A stretch of DNA of 64,000 nt from an uncultured bacterium (GCA_964652255.1 CAZZBM010000001.1:604489-668488), one strand, 5' to 3'; shown: positions 17,302 through 29,027, numbered from the stretch's first letter. Made by a program: numbers and translations. The notes: a model not told the origin generated them from the sequence alone.

Positions 17302-20300
17302 AAATATTCTACCTTTCCAAAGGATCTTAAAGAAGAAGTAAGATCCTTGGAAGGAAAAACATCAAAATTCTTTAAAGACATCTTATATCTTCCTTGAGGT
17401 CTCTCAATAATAAGATGAGTCTGAACTAGCCCTTTATGATTTAATAAAATTTTTTTTAACTCTTCAAAAGATTCTTCTTTTTGAAGATAAATTTTAAGTC
17501 CTTTAATCCTATTTTTTAAATATTCCTGAAAAGTAAAACAAGATTCAACAAAGATCTTTCCTTGCTCTTCTTTTCCTTCAACAATATAAACTTCATGAAG
17601 AGTGAGATCAGAATATTTTTCATGAATCTTTGGAAAAAAAATAAGCTCTTTTTTTGAAGATAATTCTTCAAATCCTACAAAAGACATAGGACCCTTTCTA
17701 GAAAGAATTACTTTTTTACTAATAACTAATCCACAATAGGTATTTAAAGGTAGTTTAAAATCTTGCATGAAATCTTTAATTTCATCTAAAGGATGTGCTG
17801 AAAGATAAGACCCTAAAAATTCTAATTCAAATTGTAATTTTTCTTTATTGGTAAAATCTACCACATCTTTTAACACTTCTTCTTCTTCAAATGTCATTAA
17901 GGAAGCTAAATGAGATGTTTTTTTATCTTTTTGTAGTTTCTGAACAATCTCTGGAAAAGTTTCAAAAAGACTCTTCCTATTAGAATGAATCTCATCAAAA
18001 GCTCCTACAAAAATTAAAGCTTCTATAACTTTTTTATTAAACAGAAAAAGATCAACTCTTTTTAAAAAATCTTCTAGGGATTTAAATAATCCTGATTTTC
18101 GTACTTGCAAAAGATTTTCAATAGCTTTTTCACCAACATTTTTAATAGCACCTAAACCAAAATGAATCTTATTATTAGTTAAAGTAAAAGTAAGTTCAGA
18201 ATAATTCACAGAAGGAAGAACAACCTCAAATCCAAAATGACGAGCTTCTTCTATATAAATTAAAAGCTTGTCTAAATCATCCATCTCAGAAGATAGAAGA
18301 GCAGCAAAGAATTCTCCTGGATAATGAGCTTTTAAATAAGCTGTTTGATAAGCTATAAAAGCATAAGCTGCAGCATGACTCTTATTAAAACCATATTCAG
18401 CAAATTTTTCCATTAAATTAAAAAGCTCTAAACTCTTTTCTTTAGGATAACCTTTTTTTAAAGCTCCTTCTAAAAAGATAGAACGATGTTGTTCCATTTC
18501 TTCTGGTTTTTTCTTACCCATAGCTCTTCTTAAAAGATCAGCCTGAGCTAAACTATAGCCAGCAATTTCTCTAGCAATATTCATCACCTGTTCTTGGTAA
18601 ATAATAATTCCATAGGTATCTTTTAAATAAGGTTCTAATTCTTGAAAAAGATAATCTATTTTTTTCTTACCATGCTTTCTTTCACTAAATTCTTTATCCA
18701 TTTGTGATCCCAATGGACCAGGTCTAAATAAAGCATTAATAGCTGTGATGTCTTCTAAAGAAGAAGGTCGAACATTTTTACATAATTCCATCATTCCATC
18801 AGATTCAAGTTGAAATACTCCTTTGCATTTTCCAGAAGCAATCAATTTAAAAGTAAGTTCATCCTTGAAAGAAATCTCTTCTAAATCAAAAGAAGGATCT
18901 TTTTGATGAATAAGCTTAACAGCATTATCTAAAACAGTAAGAGTTTTTAAACCTAGAAAATCAAATTTAACAAGACCAATCATTTCACAAAAGTCTTTAT
19001 CAAATTGAACAACTTGTTCTCCGTTTTTTCCTTTAAATAAAGGAGAATAATGATCAAGGGGTTCATTAGTAATAATAACCCCTGCAGCATGAATACTAGC
19101 ATGCCTAAATAAACCCTCTAGTCTTTCACTGATTTCAACAATTTTTTTAATTCTAGAGTCTTGATTCATCCATTCTAAAATTTTTGGTTCTTTCTCCAAG
19201 GCTTCCTTTAAACTAATTCCTAATTCTTCTGGAACTAATTTTGCTAATTCATCTGCCTCTTTATAAGCCAATCCAAAAACCCTAGAAACATCTCTTAAAA
19301 CAGCTTTAGCTTGTAATTTTCCAAAAGTGATAATTTGACCCACTTTGTCAGAACCATACTTTTGAGTGACATAACGAATGACTTCATCTCTTCTAATTTT
19401 ACAAAAATCAATATCAAAATCTGGCAGAGAAATTCTTTCAGGGTTAATAAATCTTTCAAAAAGTAATTGAAATTCAATAGGATCTAAATTGGTGATCTCT
19501 AAAGAATAAGCTACTAAAGATCCAGCTCCAGAACCTCGACCTGGACCAACAGGAATCTTCTCTTTTTTAGCCCACTGAATAAAATCAGCAACTATAAGAA
19601 AATATCCTGTAAAACCCATCTTAATAATAAGAGATAATTCTTCTTCTAGTCTTTGAGAATAAAGATCAAAACTTTTATCCTTAAAATCTTTTCTTCTAAA
19701 TCTTTTTTTTAAACCTTCTCTTGCTAAGTTTTTGAAATGATCTTCAGGATTTGTTACCTCAAACTGAGGTAAATGATAAATTTGACGACCCTGTTCATCT
19801 TTCCAGTTAAAATTTAAATTACATTGATCAGCAATCTTTAAAGTTGTATCACAAGCTTCTTCTAAATAAGAAAAAGCCTCTCTCATCTCTTGAGCAGTTT
19901 TAAAATAAAACTCTTGAGTCGTCATCTTCATTCTATCTTCTGCTTCAAAAGTTTTTCCTGTTTGAATACAAAGTAAAACTTCTTGAGCAATAGCATCATC
20001 TTTTTCTAGATAATGAGCATCACAAGTAGCGACTAAATTAAAATTTTCTTTTTTAGCAAACTTAATAACTTTTTCATTGGTCTTTTTTTGTTCTTGTAAT
20101 CCGTTTTCTTGTAACTCTAAGTAAAAATTTTCTTGAAAAATATCCTGAAGCTTATAAATAGCTTCAATAGCTTTTTCATCTTCATCAATGAAAAAGTTAT
20201 AATTTACCTCTCCTTTTAAACAAGCTGTAGTCGCAATAAGACCTTTGTTGTATTGCTTAAGAAGATCTAAATCAATTCTTGGTTTATAATAGAATCCTTC

Positions 20301-20717
20301 TAAATAAGCTTTTGAAATTAATTTACACAAATTACGATAACCAACTTCATCCTTACAAAGTAAAACCAAATGATGAATTCGATGTTTATTCTCTTCTCCA
20401 TCTTGATTAGAAATTCTTTGTCCCTTATTTTGAGAACGTCGTTCAAAACGTGATCCTGGTGTGAAATAAACTTCAGACCCTATTAAGGGTTTAATTCCAT
20501 TTTTAATAGCTTTAGTATAAAAATCAATAGCACCAAACATATTTCCATGATCAGTACAAGCTACTGCAGGCATATTATCTTTTTTAGCTTTCTTAAATAA
20601 ATCATCTAGCCTTAAGGCTCCATCTAAAAGAGAATATTGAGTATGTAAATGTAGATGAACAAAACTTTTTGGGTGAGTCTTTAAAAAAGACTCTTGACCA
20701 ATAAAAGGGTTTTTCAT
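17298..20717 (-). CDS. dnaE: DNA polymerase III alpha subunit
   Basis: PHP domain [14 protein letters not shown], polymerase core motifs ([20 protein letters not shown]-like), 1139 aa. Confidence 0.95.
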   Translation of the reverse strand: MKNPFIGQESFLKTHPKSFVHLHLHTQYSLLDGALRLDDLFKKAKKDNMPAVACTDHGNMFGAIDFYTKAIKNGIKPLIGSEVYFTPGSRFERRSQNKGQRISNQDGEENKHRIHHLVLLCKDEVGYRNLCKLISKAYLEGFYYKPRIDLDLLKQYNKGLIATTACLKGEVNYNFFIDEDEKAIEAIYKLQDIFQENFYLELQENGLQEQKKTNEKVIKFAKKENFNLVATCDAHYLEKDDAIAQEVLLCIQTGKTFEAEDRMKMTTQEFYFKTAQEMREAFSYLEEACDTTLKIADQCNLNFNWKDEQGRQIYHLPQFEVTNPEDHFKNLAREGLKKRFRRKDFKDKSFDLYSQRLEEELSLIIKMGFTGYFLIVADFIQWAKKEKIPVGPGRGSGAGSLVAYSLEITNLDPIEFQLLFERFINPERISLPDFDIDFCKIRRDEVIRYVTQKYGSDKVGQIITFGKLQAKAVLRDVSRVFGLAYKEADELAKLVPEELGISLKEALEKEPKILEWMNQDSRIKKIVEISERLEGLFRHASIHAAGVIITNEPLDHYSPLFKGKNGEQVVQFDKDFCEMIGLVKFDFLGLKTLTVLDNAVKLIHQKDPSFDLEEISFKDELTFKLIASGKCKGVFQLESDGMMELCKNVRPSSLEDITAINALFRPGPLGSQMDKEFSERKHGKKKIDYLFQELEPYLKDTYGIIIYQEQVMNIAREIAGYSLAQADLLRRAMGKKKPEEMEQHRSIFLEGALKKGYPKEKSLELFNLMEKFAEYGFNKSHAAAYAFIAYQTAYLKAHYPGEFFAALLSSEMDDLDKLLIYIEEARHFGFEVVLPSVNYSELTFTLTNNKIHFGLGAIKNVGEKAIENLLQVRKSGLFKSLEDFLKRVDLFLFNKKVIEALIFVGAFDEIHSNRKSLFETFPEIVQKLQKDKKTSHLASLMTFEEEEVLKDVVDFTNKEKLQFELEFLGSYLSAHPLDEIKDFMQDFKLPLNTYCGLVISKKVILSRKGPMSFVGFEELSSKKELIFFPKIHEKYSDLTLHEVYIVEGKEEQGKIFVESCFTFQEYLKNRIKGLKIYLQKEESFEELKKILLNHKGLVQTHLIIERPQGRYKMSLKNFDVFPSKDLTSSLRSFGKVEYF

Positions 20718-22106
20718 AGGGTCTTTGTATCAGGAAATTTTAAAGAGGTGAATGTGGTTTTTTTAGGAATTCTTCTCTCTAGTTTTATAACAGCTCTTGG
20801 TTATGGTACTTTTTATTATCATCATCCAGTTCCACTAGCCTCTCTTATAGGTTTTGCTCTCTTTTTTTATCTCTTAAAAGATTTTACTTGGAAAAAACGT
20901 CTTCCTTATTTTCTTCTCTGGTCCTTTTCTTTAACTCTGCAATGTATCTACTGGATTCCTCATGTTTTACAAGTTTATGGAGGGGTTCCAAAAACCCTCT
21001 CTTTCTTAGCTCTTCTTATTTTTGCTCCCTTTAGTATGCTCTATTTTTATCCTTGGATTTTTTTAAAAAAGATTCAACGTCCTATCTTTCTTGCTTTTAT
21101 CTTTACTCTCTTAGAACAATTTATCCCTACTTTTTTTCCTACTTATATTAATCTTAACATCTATTCTTTCCTTCATTATTTTCCTGCAGTGTCTCAAGGA
21201 TTTTACTTGACCCTCTCTTTTGTTCTTTACTACTTTGTCTTCTCTCTTGCTTATAAAAGAGATAGAGAAAATAGTATTACTAATGGTCTTTTGGTTTTTT
21301 TTGTTTTAAATTTTTGGTTTCTTCCTCCAAAACCTTCTCAAACAACACCCATTACTTTAGTTCAACATAATAATGAAGTGAATGTCCTTTGGTCCTTATC
21401 AAAAAATATTCCTGAACATCAAAAAATTATTTTCTGGCCGGAAAGTGTTTTTAATTTTTACCCTAATTTTAAAGCTGATTTTTTAAAACCTCATCAACAT
21501 CTTATCTTTGGAACCAGTGAAAAGACTTATAATAGTGTTTTTCATTATCATCAAAATGAAATTAAAAATAAATATTATAAAATGTTTTTAATGCCCTTTG
21601 GAGAAAAAATTCCTTTTTTTCTTCTTCCCTTGAAATCTTTTTTTCTTCAATATTTTACTCCTAGAGAAGCAGGAACCTCTTGGACTATTTTTAATATAGA
21701 CGGACTTAAGTTTTTAACACCTATTTGTTATGAAGTTTTAAAACCTCTTTCTCTTGGTTGGATCATGGAAAAAGAATCTCTAGATTTTCTTGTGGCTCCT
21801 ACAGATGATTCTTGGTATGGAAAAAGTGCTGAGCTTCAACAACATAAATACTTAGCTCATTTAACAGGAATTTTTTTAGGACTCCCTATCGTAAGACCTA
21901 CAAGCACAGGAATTACACAAGTTCTTTATCCTACAGGAAAAATGTCCTCTTTTGTTGGTTATGAAGAAAAAAACAATCTTCATCATGATTTAGAAACAAC
22001 TCCAGTAAAATATCCTCTCAGAAAAAACTTTTTTTATTTATTATTAGCTTTCTTGATCTTATGGGGTTCAGAATATCTCTCTTTTTTTAAAAAGAAAAAG
22101 ACATGA
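20694..22106 (+). CDS. lnt: apolipoprotein N-acyltransferase
   Basis: N-terminal polytopic domain plus C-terminal CN-hydrolase with WPE and TPICYE motifs. True start probably downstream of 20694 (in-frame GTGs near 20750 after AAAGAGG). Confidence 0.75.
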   Translation: MTNKRVFHRVFVSGNFKEVNVVFLGILLSSFITALGYGTFYYHHPVPLASLIGFALFFYLLKDFTWKKRLPYFLLWSFSLTLQCIYWIPHVLQVYGGVPKTLSFLALLIFAPFSMLYFYPWIFLKKIQRPIFLAFIFTLLEQFIPTFFPTYINLNIYSFLHYFPAVSQGFYLTLSFVLYYFVFSLAYKRDRENSITNGLLVFFVLNFWFLPPKPSQTTPITLVQHNNEVNVLWSLSKNIPEHQKIIFWPESVFNFYPNFKADFLKPHQHLIFGTSEKTYNSVFHYHQNEIKNKYYKMFLMPFGEKIPFFLLPLKSFFLQYFTPREAGTSWTIFNIDGLKFLTPICYEVLKPLSLGWIMEKESLDFLVAPTDDSWYGKSAELQQHKYLAHLTGIFLGLPIVRPTSTGITQVLYPTGKMSSFVGYEEKNNLHHDLETTPVKYPLRKNFFYLLLAFLILWGSEYLSFFKKKKT

Positions 22107-22582
22107 AGTTTTTCTTATTATTTCTTATCTCTTGTACTTCCTATGAAAATTATAAAAATGATCCCCTTAAATTTGAAACAAAGACTTTTAATGTATCCAA
22201 AAAAGAAATATTTCCTCTCATTATTACTCACTTAGGATCTTACCCACTTAAACAAGCTGATCTAGATTACGGTGTTATTGAAACTGATTGGGTAGATTAT
22301 ACTCTTGAATCAAATTTAACAGAAGTTTTTGATCCTACCTTTGCTTTTCAACTTTCAAAAGTGCGCTATAGTATTAGAATTGATGAAGAATATAATCTTC
22401 AAGGTAAAGAACAAACTCGAGTTGCACTAAAAATTTATCGACTAAGTCAAAAAAATCAAGTTCCAGGATTAAGAGAAGAACCTAGTGATGGGGTCTTGGA
22501 AAAAATATTTTTTTATCGCCTCAAAAGAATGATTCTTTTAAAAAAACACTTTCCTATTAAAGAAGAAAAACCTCGAGAATGA
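22103..22582 (+). CDS. putative lipoprotein
   Basis: MKFFLLFLISC lipobox-type N-terminus; ATGA overlap with lnt. Confidence 0.5.
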   Translation: MKFFLLFLISCTSYENYKNDPLKFETKTFNVSKKEIFPLIITHLGSYPLKQADLDYGVIETDWVDYTLESNLTEVFDPTFAFQLSKVRYSIRIDEEYNLQGKEQTRVALKIYRLSQKNQVPGLREEPSDGVLEKIFFYRLKRMILLKKHFPIKEEKPRE

Positions 22583-22625
22583 AGTTGATAGAAGCTCTAA
22601 GCTTATGTTATAGCTGAGCATTATT

Positions 22626-24968
22626 ATGTCTAAAATTCAAGAACGAGAACAAAAGTGGCAGAAGCGTTGGATTGATGAAAAAGCATTTCAAGCACAAGAA
22701 GATTCTTCTAAAAAAAAATATTATGTCTTAGATATGTTTCCTTATCCTTCAGGAGATGGACTTCATGTCGGACATGTAGAAGGTTATACTGCCACAGATA
22801 TCGTTGCTCGATACAAAAGAATGCAAGGGTATAATGTTTTACACCCTATGGGTTGGGATAGCTTTGGTCTTCCTGCAGAAAATCATGCTCTTAAAACTGG
22901 TATTCATCCAGAAATCAGTACAAAAAAAAATATTGCTAATTTTAAAAGACAATTACAATCAATTGGTTTTTCTTATGATTGGTCTAGAGAAATCGCCACT
23001 TCAGATCCTTCTTACTATAAATGGACACAGTGGATTTTTTTAAAACTTTATGAACAAGGATTGGCTTATGAAGCTGAAATGGTTGTGAATTGGTGCCCTG
23101 CTCTTAAAACAGTCTTAGCTAATGAAGAAGTCATTGATGGAAAATCTGAAGTAGGAGGACATGAAGTGATTCAAAAACCCATGAAGCAATGGGTTTTAAA
23201 AATTACAGATTATGCTGAGGCACTCTTACAAGATCTTGATGAATTAGACTGGCCATCATCAGTAAAAGAAATGCAAAGACAATGGATTGGAAAAAGTGAA
23301 GGAGCCCTTATTGATTTTTTCTTTGGTAAAGAAAAATTTTCAGTTTATACCACACGTCCTGAAACTCTTTTTGGAGTTGAAGCTATTGTTTTTTCTCCTG
23401 AACATGAATTTTTAAAAAAAATAAATCTTAGCGAAGAAGCAAAAAATTATCAAGAAATAACACGAAGAAAAACTTATCTTGAAAGACAAAGTAAAGAAAA
23501 AACTGCAGTTAAACTCAATATAGAAGTGAGTCATCCTTACTTATCAAAAAAAATTCCTGTTTATATAGCTGATTATGTTTTACCTCATTATGGAACTGGA
23601 ATTGTGATGTGTGTACCTGCTCATGATGAAAGAGATTTTGAATTAGCTAAAAAATTAAATTTAACTGTAACAAAGGTTATTGAATCTTCTGAACCTTGTT
23701 ATACTGAATCTGGGACAATGATTAATGCTTCATTTTTAACAGGTCTTTTTAGTGAAGAAGCTAAAGAAATTTTGATTAAAAAATTAGAAGAAGAAAAATT
23801 AGGAATAAGAAAAGTTTCTTATAAGTTAAGAGATTGGCTCTTTTCAAGACAACGTTATTGGGGAGAACCCTTTCCTTTAATTAAACTTTCTGACGGGAAA
23901 GTCATTCCCTTAAAAGAAGAAGACCTTCCTTTGATTTTACCTGAAGTAGATAAAATAGAACTCTCTGAAACTGGTGAATCTCCTTTAGCTAATATTCAAG
24001 ATTGGGTAAAAATATCTTATCAGGGAGAAAAAGCTTATCGCGAAACTCATACGATGCCTCAATGGGCAGGTTCTTGCTGGTATTATTTAAGATTTTTAGA
24101 TCCAACTAATAATGATTCTGCTTTTGATCCTAAAAAAGAGCAATACTGGATGCCCGTAGATCTCTATATTGGAGGAATGGAACACGCAGTACTGCATCTT
24201 TTATATGCTCGTTTTTGGCATAAAGTTTTATATAAATTAGGCTTGGTTTCAACTAAAGAACCTTTTAAAAAACTTTTTAATCAAGGACTAATTCTAGGTC
24301 CTGATGGTGAAAAAATGTCAAAATCAAGAGGCAATGTGGTCAACCCTGATGAACTTATCCAAAACGTAGGAGCAGATGCTTTAAGACTTTTTGAAATGTT
24401 TTTAGGTCCACTAGAAAAAGCTAAACCTTGGAATCCGCAAGCCATCAAAGGGATCAGCTCTTTTTTAAAAAGAGTAGAGGAATTTCAACCAACAAAAGAT
24501 TCAACTTTGTCTTTAAAAATTTTGCATCAAAGCATTAAAAAAGTCACTCAGGATGTTGAAGAATTAAAATTTAATACTGCTATTAGTCAAATGATGATCT
24601 GTCTTAACACAGCAGAAAAAGAAGGACTTAGTCCTGAATCTTTTATTCAGTTTTTAAAACTTCTTGCTCCCTTTGCTCCTCACTTAGCTGAAGAACGTTA
24701 TGCTGAATTTTCTACTAACTTCATCTCTCTTTCTTCCTGGCCATCTTATAATGAAGAATTAGCAAAAGAGGAGGAAGTTACTATTGCTTTTCAACTTCAA
24801 GGAAAAACAAAACATACAGTGACTATTCCTATAGATGCTTCCTTAGAAGAAGTAAAAAAAATTCTAGAGCAAGATGAAAAATCTCAAAAGCTATTAATGA
24901 ATAAAATTATTATAAAAGAAATTTTTGTTCCTAATAAGATTATTAATTTTATTCTTAAACAAGACTAA
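22626..24968 (+). CDS. leuS: leucine-tRNA ligase
   Basis: HVGH and KMSKS class I motifs; CP1 editing region; 780 aa. Confidence 0.95.
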   Translation: MSKIQEREQKWQKRWIDEKAFQAQEDSSKKKYYVLDMFPYPSGDGLHVGHVEGYTATDIVARYKRMQGYNVLHPMGWDSFGLPAENHALKTGIHPEISTKKNIANFKRQLQSIGFSYDWSREIATSDPSYYKWTQWIFLKLYEQGLAYEAEMVVNWCPALKTVLANEEVIDGKSEVGGHEVIQKPMKQWVLKITDYAEALLQDLDELDWPSSVKEMQRQWIGKSEGALIDFFFGKEKFSVYTTRPETLFGVEAIVFSPEHEFLKKINLSEEAKNYQEITRRKTYLERQSKEKTAVKLNIEVSHPYLSKKIPVYIADYVLPHYGTGIVMCVPAHDERDFELAKKLNLTVTKVIESSEPCYTESGTMINASFLTGLFSEEAKEILIKKLEEEKLGIRKVSYKLRDWLFSRQRYWGEPFPLIKLSDGKVIPLKEEDLPLILPEVDKIELSETGESPLANIQDWVKISYQGEKAYRETHTMPQWAGSCWYYLRFLDPTNNDSAFDPKKEQYWMPVDLYIGGMEHAVLHLLYARFWHKVLYKLGLVSTKEPFKKLFNQGLILGPDGEKMSKSRGNVVNPDELIQNVGADALRLFEMFLGPLEKAKPWNPQAIKGISSFLKRVEEFQPTKDSTLSLKILHQSIKKVTQDVEELKFNTAISQMMICLNTAEKEGLSPESFIQFLKLLAPFAPHLAEERYAEFSTNFISLSSWPSYNEELAKEEEVTIAFQLQGKTKHTVTIPIDASLEEVKKILEQDEKSQKLLMNKIIIKEIFVPNKIINFILKQD

Positions 24969-25563
24969 GAAAAATTTTTAAGCTTACAGAAGTCACAATA
25001 GGTAAGATTAAGTTATCATCAATTCCTGTAAAAGAGAGCATTTCACCTAAAAAAACACTGGTAGCAATAATAAAAGAAAAAAAGATTCCATGCTCTGGAA
25101 AAGAGAGATAACTAATAAGAAAACCAACACTAAAACAGGTTAAACTGCCAATATAAGATTTGTTGGGAAGAAATTTTTTTTTACCAAAAAGATTTCCCAT
25201 TAAAGAAGCCATAGGATCAGCAAAAGCAACAATCAGAAAAGTTGGGTAAGCAATCTTTTCATCAAAGAGTAAAATAGTAAAAGTTAAACCTATAGAATAG
25301 TAAAGCAAACTACTATAACTTTTAACTTCATAAGTTCTCATAAGAGGTGCAAAAAAAATCATGATAAATTGATTGAATTTTTCTGATTGGAGTCTTAGAA
25401 ACTCACAAAGAAAGATAATAAGAGAAATACTAGTAACACTATATTGAATAGTCTTATAGGTAAAAAAATAAGAGAATAGAACATAAATAACAGGATAACC
25501 TGCATGGAACATTTTTCTGGATAAATGCAGATCTTTTCTGTCACGAAAGACTTTTCTAATCAT
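24955..25563 (-). CDS. polytopic membrane protein, CdsA/dolichol(phytol)-kinase-like
   Basis: AFADPMASLMGNLFGKKKF...KSYIGSL resembles the CTP-transferase family D-x-x-A-x-x-x-G-x-x-x-G-x-x-K...K-S-x-E-G-S region; weak. Confidence 0.3.
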   Translation of the reverse strand: MIRKVFRDRKDLHLSRKMFHAGYPVIYVLFSYFFTYKTIQYSVTSISLIIFLCEFLRLQSEKFNQFIMIFFAPLMRTYEVKSYSSLLYYSIGLTFTILLFDEKIAYPTFLIVAFADPMASLMGNLFGKKKFLPNKSYIGSLTCFSVGFLISYLSFPEHGIFFSFIIATSVFLGEMLSFTGIDDNLILPIVTSVSLKIFLSLV

Positions 25564-25630
25564 AAGCTAGGAGCATAACGAGAAAAAAATCTGTTGTCTA
25601 GATTGCATTGAAAAATGTATAAAACTAAAT

Positions 25631-26110
25631 ATGGAGTTTAATTTTAAGAGTTATCTTTTTATTACCTTAATTCTTAATATTTTTACAACTTCTTATATTC
25701 TAATAAGATGGTTAAAGAGTTCTAAAAAAATACTTTTTTTTCTTTTTTACCCCTTTTTATATCCCTTAACTCTTATCTTCATCTATACTTTTATGAAATT
25801 TAAAAGCAATCCTTTAGAGGTTTTATTAGCTTTAGTTTTTTTACTCTATCTTTATCTAAGATCAACTCAGTTTCTCTATGTTTTTATTTCAAAAAATCAT
25901 GTGGATTATTATGAAAAACTAGGAAAAAGTCTAAGTCAGGCATCTTCTTTTTCTATGTTTAGAATTTTAAAGAACCTTTTTAAAGAAATTCCTTTTCTTA
26001 AACCTAAAATAGAACAACTAGAAATATTTTTAAAAAAACACTGGCTTATAGGAGCTATAGTGGATATTAGTGTTATTCTTTTTACTTTCTATCTTTTACG
26101 AAGAATTTAA
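25631..26110 (+). CDS. hypothetical membrane protein
   Basis: ORF with several TM-like segments; no motif recognised. Confidence 0.35.
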   Translation: MEFNFKSYLFITLILNIFTTSYILIRWLKSSKKILFFLFYPFLYPLTLIFIYTFMKFKSNPLEVLLALVFLLYLYLRSTQFLYVFISKNHVDYYEKLGKSLSQASSFSMFRILKNLFKEIPFLKPKIEQLEIFLKKHWLIGAIVDISVILFTFYLLRRI

Positions 26111-26148
26111 ATTCATCTTGCCTAAGAACAAGAAACTTAGTTTAATCG

Positions 26149-26487
26149 TTGTTTATGAGTTATGAAGTCTATAAAATATTACATTTAATAAGTTTATTTC
26201 TATTTTTTTCTATGGTGAGTCTTTCTTTTTTTATCCCTAGACATAGAGTATTAAGTACTTTAATTGGCTTAACGAGTTTAATTATTCTTATCTCTGGTTT
26301 TGGACTGATGGGAAAATTACAACTCATGCATTTTCCTACTTGGACTATTGTAAAAATTTCTTTATGGTTATTACTCACAACATTACTGCCTATCTTAAGA
26401 AAAAGAACTCTGTTGATAACAGAACCTTTAATTCTCATGGTTCTACTTATGATCCTGAGTGTTGTTACAGCTATATACAAGTATTAA
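26149..26487 (+). CDS. small 4-TM membrane protein (SirB-like?)
   Basis: 112 aa with four hydrophobic segments. N-terminus YKILHLISLFLFF resembles the SirB family; weak. Confidence 0.3.
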   Translation: MFMSYEVYKILHLISLFLFFSMVSLSFFIPRHRVLSTLIGLTSLIILISGFGLMGKLQLMHFPTWTIVKISLWLLLTTLLPILRKRTLLITEPLILMVLLMILSVVTAIYKY

Positions 26488-26741
26488 CTAAATTTAACTA
26501 AAAATTTAATTTCTTTTAACAAAGAACGGCTCTGTGGAAATTTCTTATGAAGAGTCTTTAGAAGTTGTTTTTTTTTAAAAGAATAATCAAAAAGTACAGC
26601 AGGACTAGATGATGAAAGTATAAGGGTGTCTCCTCTTAATCCTTCAAAATGAAGATCTTCAAATGGCCACTGATGAAGAAGATTATTTAAGAGGGAAATT
26701 TCTGGCGTTTCATGAAAAAAAGTGCTAATTTTTTTCATCAA
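26484..26741 (-). CDS. DUF721/DciA-like small protein (tentative)
   Basis: 85 aa. The pattern W...L.GDTLIL.SSSPAVL......K..LL..L resembles DUF721; not verifiable here. Confidence 0.3.
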   Translation of the reverse strand: MMKKISTFFHETPEISLLNNLLHQWPFEDLHFEGLRGDTLILSSSSPAVLFDYSFKKKQLLKTLHKKFPQSRSLLKEIKFLVKFS

Positions 26742-26754
26742 TTAGGACTATAGA

Positions 26755-27468
26755 ATGGATTTAATAGATTTTCTAGTAAAAAAACAATCTGTTGATTATC
26801 TTTGGATTGACTCACTCAGTTATCTTCCTTATTTAAAAGAATTTTACCCGAAAATAACCTTTGTTGAAGATACTTATAAAGAGATGTCCCTAACGATGGA
26901 TGATAAAGTTCCAGTCTTCTTAAAAGATTATAAACACTTACCTAAAAGAGCAATTTTAACTCAAAAAAAGAAACCAGAAGGATGCCTAGAGATTAAACTT
27001 CCTTTTCAATTAAAACCTTTTTTAAAGAAATTTTTTAGTTATTTTAAAATAACTATCAATGACGAAGAATTAGAGCAGTTATTAATGATGGAAAAAAAAT
27101 TTGATTTTTATCATGAATATCTACAAAAAGAACTCTTATTAGATAAAAAAATGAAAACTGAAAATCAATTAAATGTTTTTCAAGTGATGGAAATCTTTCT
27201 TCAAAAAAAATTTGAAGCTCTTCCTGAAATGGGTCTTAAAGAGTTGAGATTTTTTCAACAACACTTCTATAAAACATTTTTTCATGATCATACTGGATCT
27301 TTTTATGATAAACTCATTCAAAAAACAGAAAAAATTTTTTCTCAAGAAGAGCGTTCTTTTTTTCTTCATCTCTTTACTCGTCTTGAAATTTTAAAAAAGA
27401 ATCAACAAAGTATAAAAAATTATTTAATATGGACTCTTAGGCAGTATTATGTTGGCAAATTTTTTTAA
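26755..27468 (+). CDS. hypothetical protein (possibly a reduced DNA polymerase III delta-like clamp-loader subunit)
   Basis: 237-aa helical protein. The C-terminal half loosely resembles HolA domain III; speculative. Confidence 0.4.
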   Translation: MDLIDFLVKKQSVDYLWIDSLSYLPYLKEFYPKITFVEDTYKEMSLTMDDKVPVFLKDYKHLPKRAILTQKKKPEGCLEIKLPFQLKPFLKKFFSYFKITINDEELEQLLMMEKKFDFYHEYLQKELLLDKKMKTENQLNVFQVMEIFLQKKFEALPEMGLKELRFFQQHFYKTFFHDHTGSFYDKLIQKTEKIFSQEERSFFLHLFTRLEILKKNQQSIKNYLIWTLRQYYVGKFF

Positions 27469-27964
27469 TCAACTTAAAAAAGGATTAATCCTTCTGTTCT
27501 TAACAGCTTTTTTTTCTCTTTCTAGCTATTATATTCTTTTTAAACACATTACCTCTGAAGGAAAAGCCCAAGGAGTTCTCTTTAAAGTGACCAAAAGGAA
27601 AAAACTTTTTTTTATTCATACTTGGGAGGGAACACTTAACTTTTCTGGAGGAAAAATTTTAAATTTTTCAATAAAAGATCCTTCTGTAGCTGATGAACTT
27701 TTTAAATATGAAGGAAAAGAAATAGTGATCTTCTATGAAAATCCTATTATCTATTTTCCTCATAATTATAATGAACTTGTCTATGATTGGAGACCAGTCC
27801 CTGAAGAAGAACATAAAAAAAATGATAAGATTAGTCTTTGTTTTATTTTTTATACTCTTAAAAAAAATGAAGGTCTTTTTTATCAAGTGAAAGATTTTCT
27901 ATTTAAAGAGAATACCTATATTAAAAATATATTACAAGATTGTGGTCTTGATTTGACTGAGTGA
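27449..27964 (+). CDS. hypothetical N-terminally anchored protein
   Basis: One N-terminal TM/signal segment; no motif recognised. Confidence 0.4.
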   Translation: MLANFFNQLKKGLILLFLTAFFSLSSYYILFKHITSEGKAQGVLFKVTKRKKLFFIHTWEGTLNFSGGKILNFSIKDPSVADELFKYEGKEIVIFYENPIIYFPHNYNELVYDWRPVPEEEHKKNDKISLCFIFYTLKKNEGLFYQVKDFLFKENTYIKNILQDCGLDLTE

Positions 27965-28010
27965 ATAGTAAAGATCTAGTATTAAAAAAATAATTTTTTA
28001 GGATTTTTTT

Positions 28011-29027
28011 ATGTCATTAAAAACATTAATCTTATCTCTTTCTATTTTCTTTTTTTCAGCTACTTTTGGATCATTCTCTCTTAATAAAAAACAAGAAGAT
28101 GAACCTAATGAACTTATTTGTGAGGATCGTGAACCTCCTCTTACAAGCCCTAAAGGTAATCAAGAACAAGGAAAAAAAGAAGGAACACCTCCAGAAAAAC
28201 AATTGGAACAAGAAGGAAGATTTTCTAGTGAAGCTGTGATTCAACAAAGTTCACATGCTCCTACAGAAAAAGTTAAAAATATTACTGATATTATTTCAAA
28301 TGAAACATTATGTTGGCCACTTGATTCCAGATACCCTATTACTTCTACCTTTCACTCAAAACATCGTCCTAACCATGATGGTATTGATTTTGGAAGAGAT
28401 GGATCTTATGCAATTGAAGGAGCAGATGTCTATGCTGTTTTTTCAGGTCAAGTCATCTTTGCAAAAAATAGTCAGGATTCTTATGGTAAGATGATTGTTT
28501 TAAAACATGAGCAAGAAGATAAGATGTTTCTATCTGTTTATGCTCATTTAAAAAATTTTCATGTTAAAGCAGGGGAGTTAGTGACGAGGGGTCAAAAAAT
28601 TGGGAATGTAGGAGGAACTGGGCATGTTAAAGATGACCACCCTCCACATCTACATTTTGAGATAAGAAAAATAATGAGAGAATATGGTTTATCCTCTTTC
28701 AAAAAAGGGATTATTATAGGAAAACTTGTAAGAGAAGGAATTTTAGTAGGAGAATATAATGATATTGATCAAAATAATTTTTTCTTAGAAGATATTGAAC
28801 CTATAGCAATAAAAAATCGTGATCTTTCCAAAGAAGAAAGAAATTTATTTTTTCAATTTCTTGAGCATGTCACTATACCTGTAGATCCTTTAAATTTAGA
28901 ATACAGCTATGTTTATAGAGAAACTTTAAACAATGGGCCTTTTGTAGCTCCTTCTTCTCAGCTTGCTCAAGGACGGGAAGACAATCCTCCTGCAAGAGCG
29001 ACATCATCTAGATCACCTGCCAATTGA
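28011..29027 (+). CDS. secreted M23 (LytM-type) metallopeptidase
   Basis: Signal peptide, HRPNHDGIDF (HxxxD) and PPHLHFEIR (HxH) motifs. Confidence 0.8.
   Translation: MSLKTLILSLSIFFFSATFGSFSLNKKQEDEPNELICEDREPPLTSPKGNQEQGKKEGTPPEKQLEQEGRFSSEAVIQQSSHAPTEKVKNITDIISNETLCWPLDSRYPITSTFHSKHRPNHDGIDFGRDGSYAIEGADVYAVFSGQVIFAKNSQDSYGKMIVLKHEQEDKMFLSVYAHLKNFHVKAGELVTRGQKIGNVGGTGHVKDDHPPHLHFEIRKIMREYGLSSFKKGIIIGKLVREGILVGEYNDIDQNNFFLEDIEPIAIKNRDLSKEERNLFFQFLEHVTIPVDPLNLEYSYVYRETLNNGPFVAPSSQLAQGREDNPPARATSSRSPAN

Noticed and set aside
20694-20717. 24-nt divergent 5' overlap of dnaE and lnt as a regulatory arrangement
   Set aside because: It is most likely an artefact of taking the longest ORF for lnt. 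In-frame GTG codons after an AAAGAGG SD near 20750 give a more plausible start and remove the overlap.
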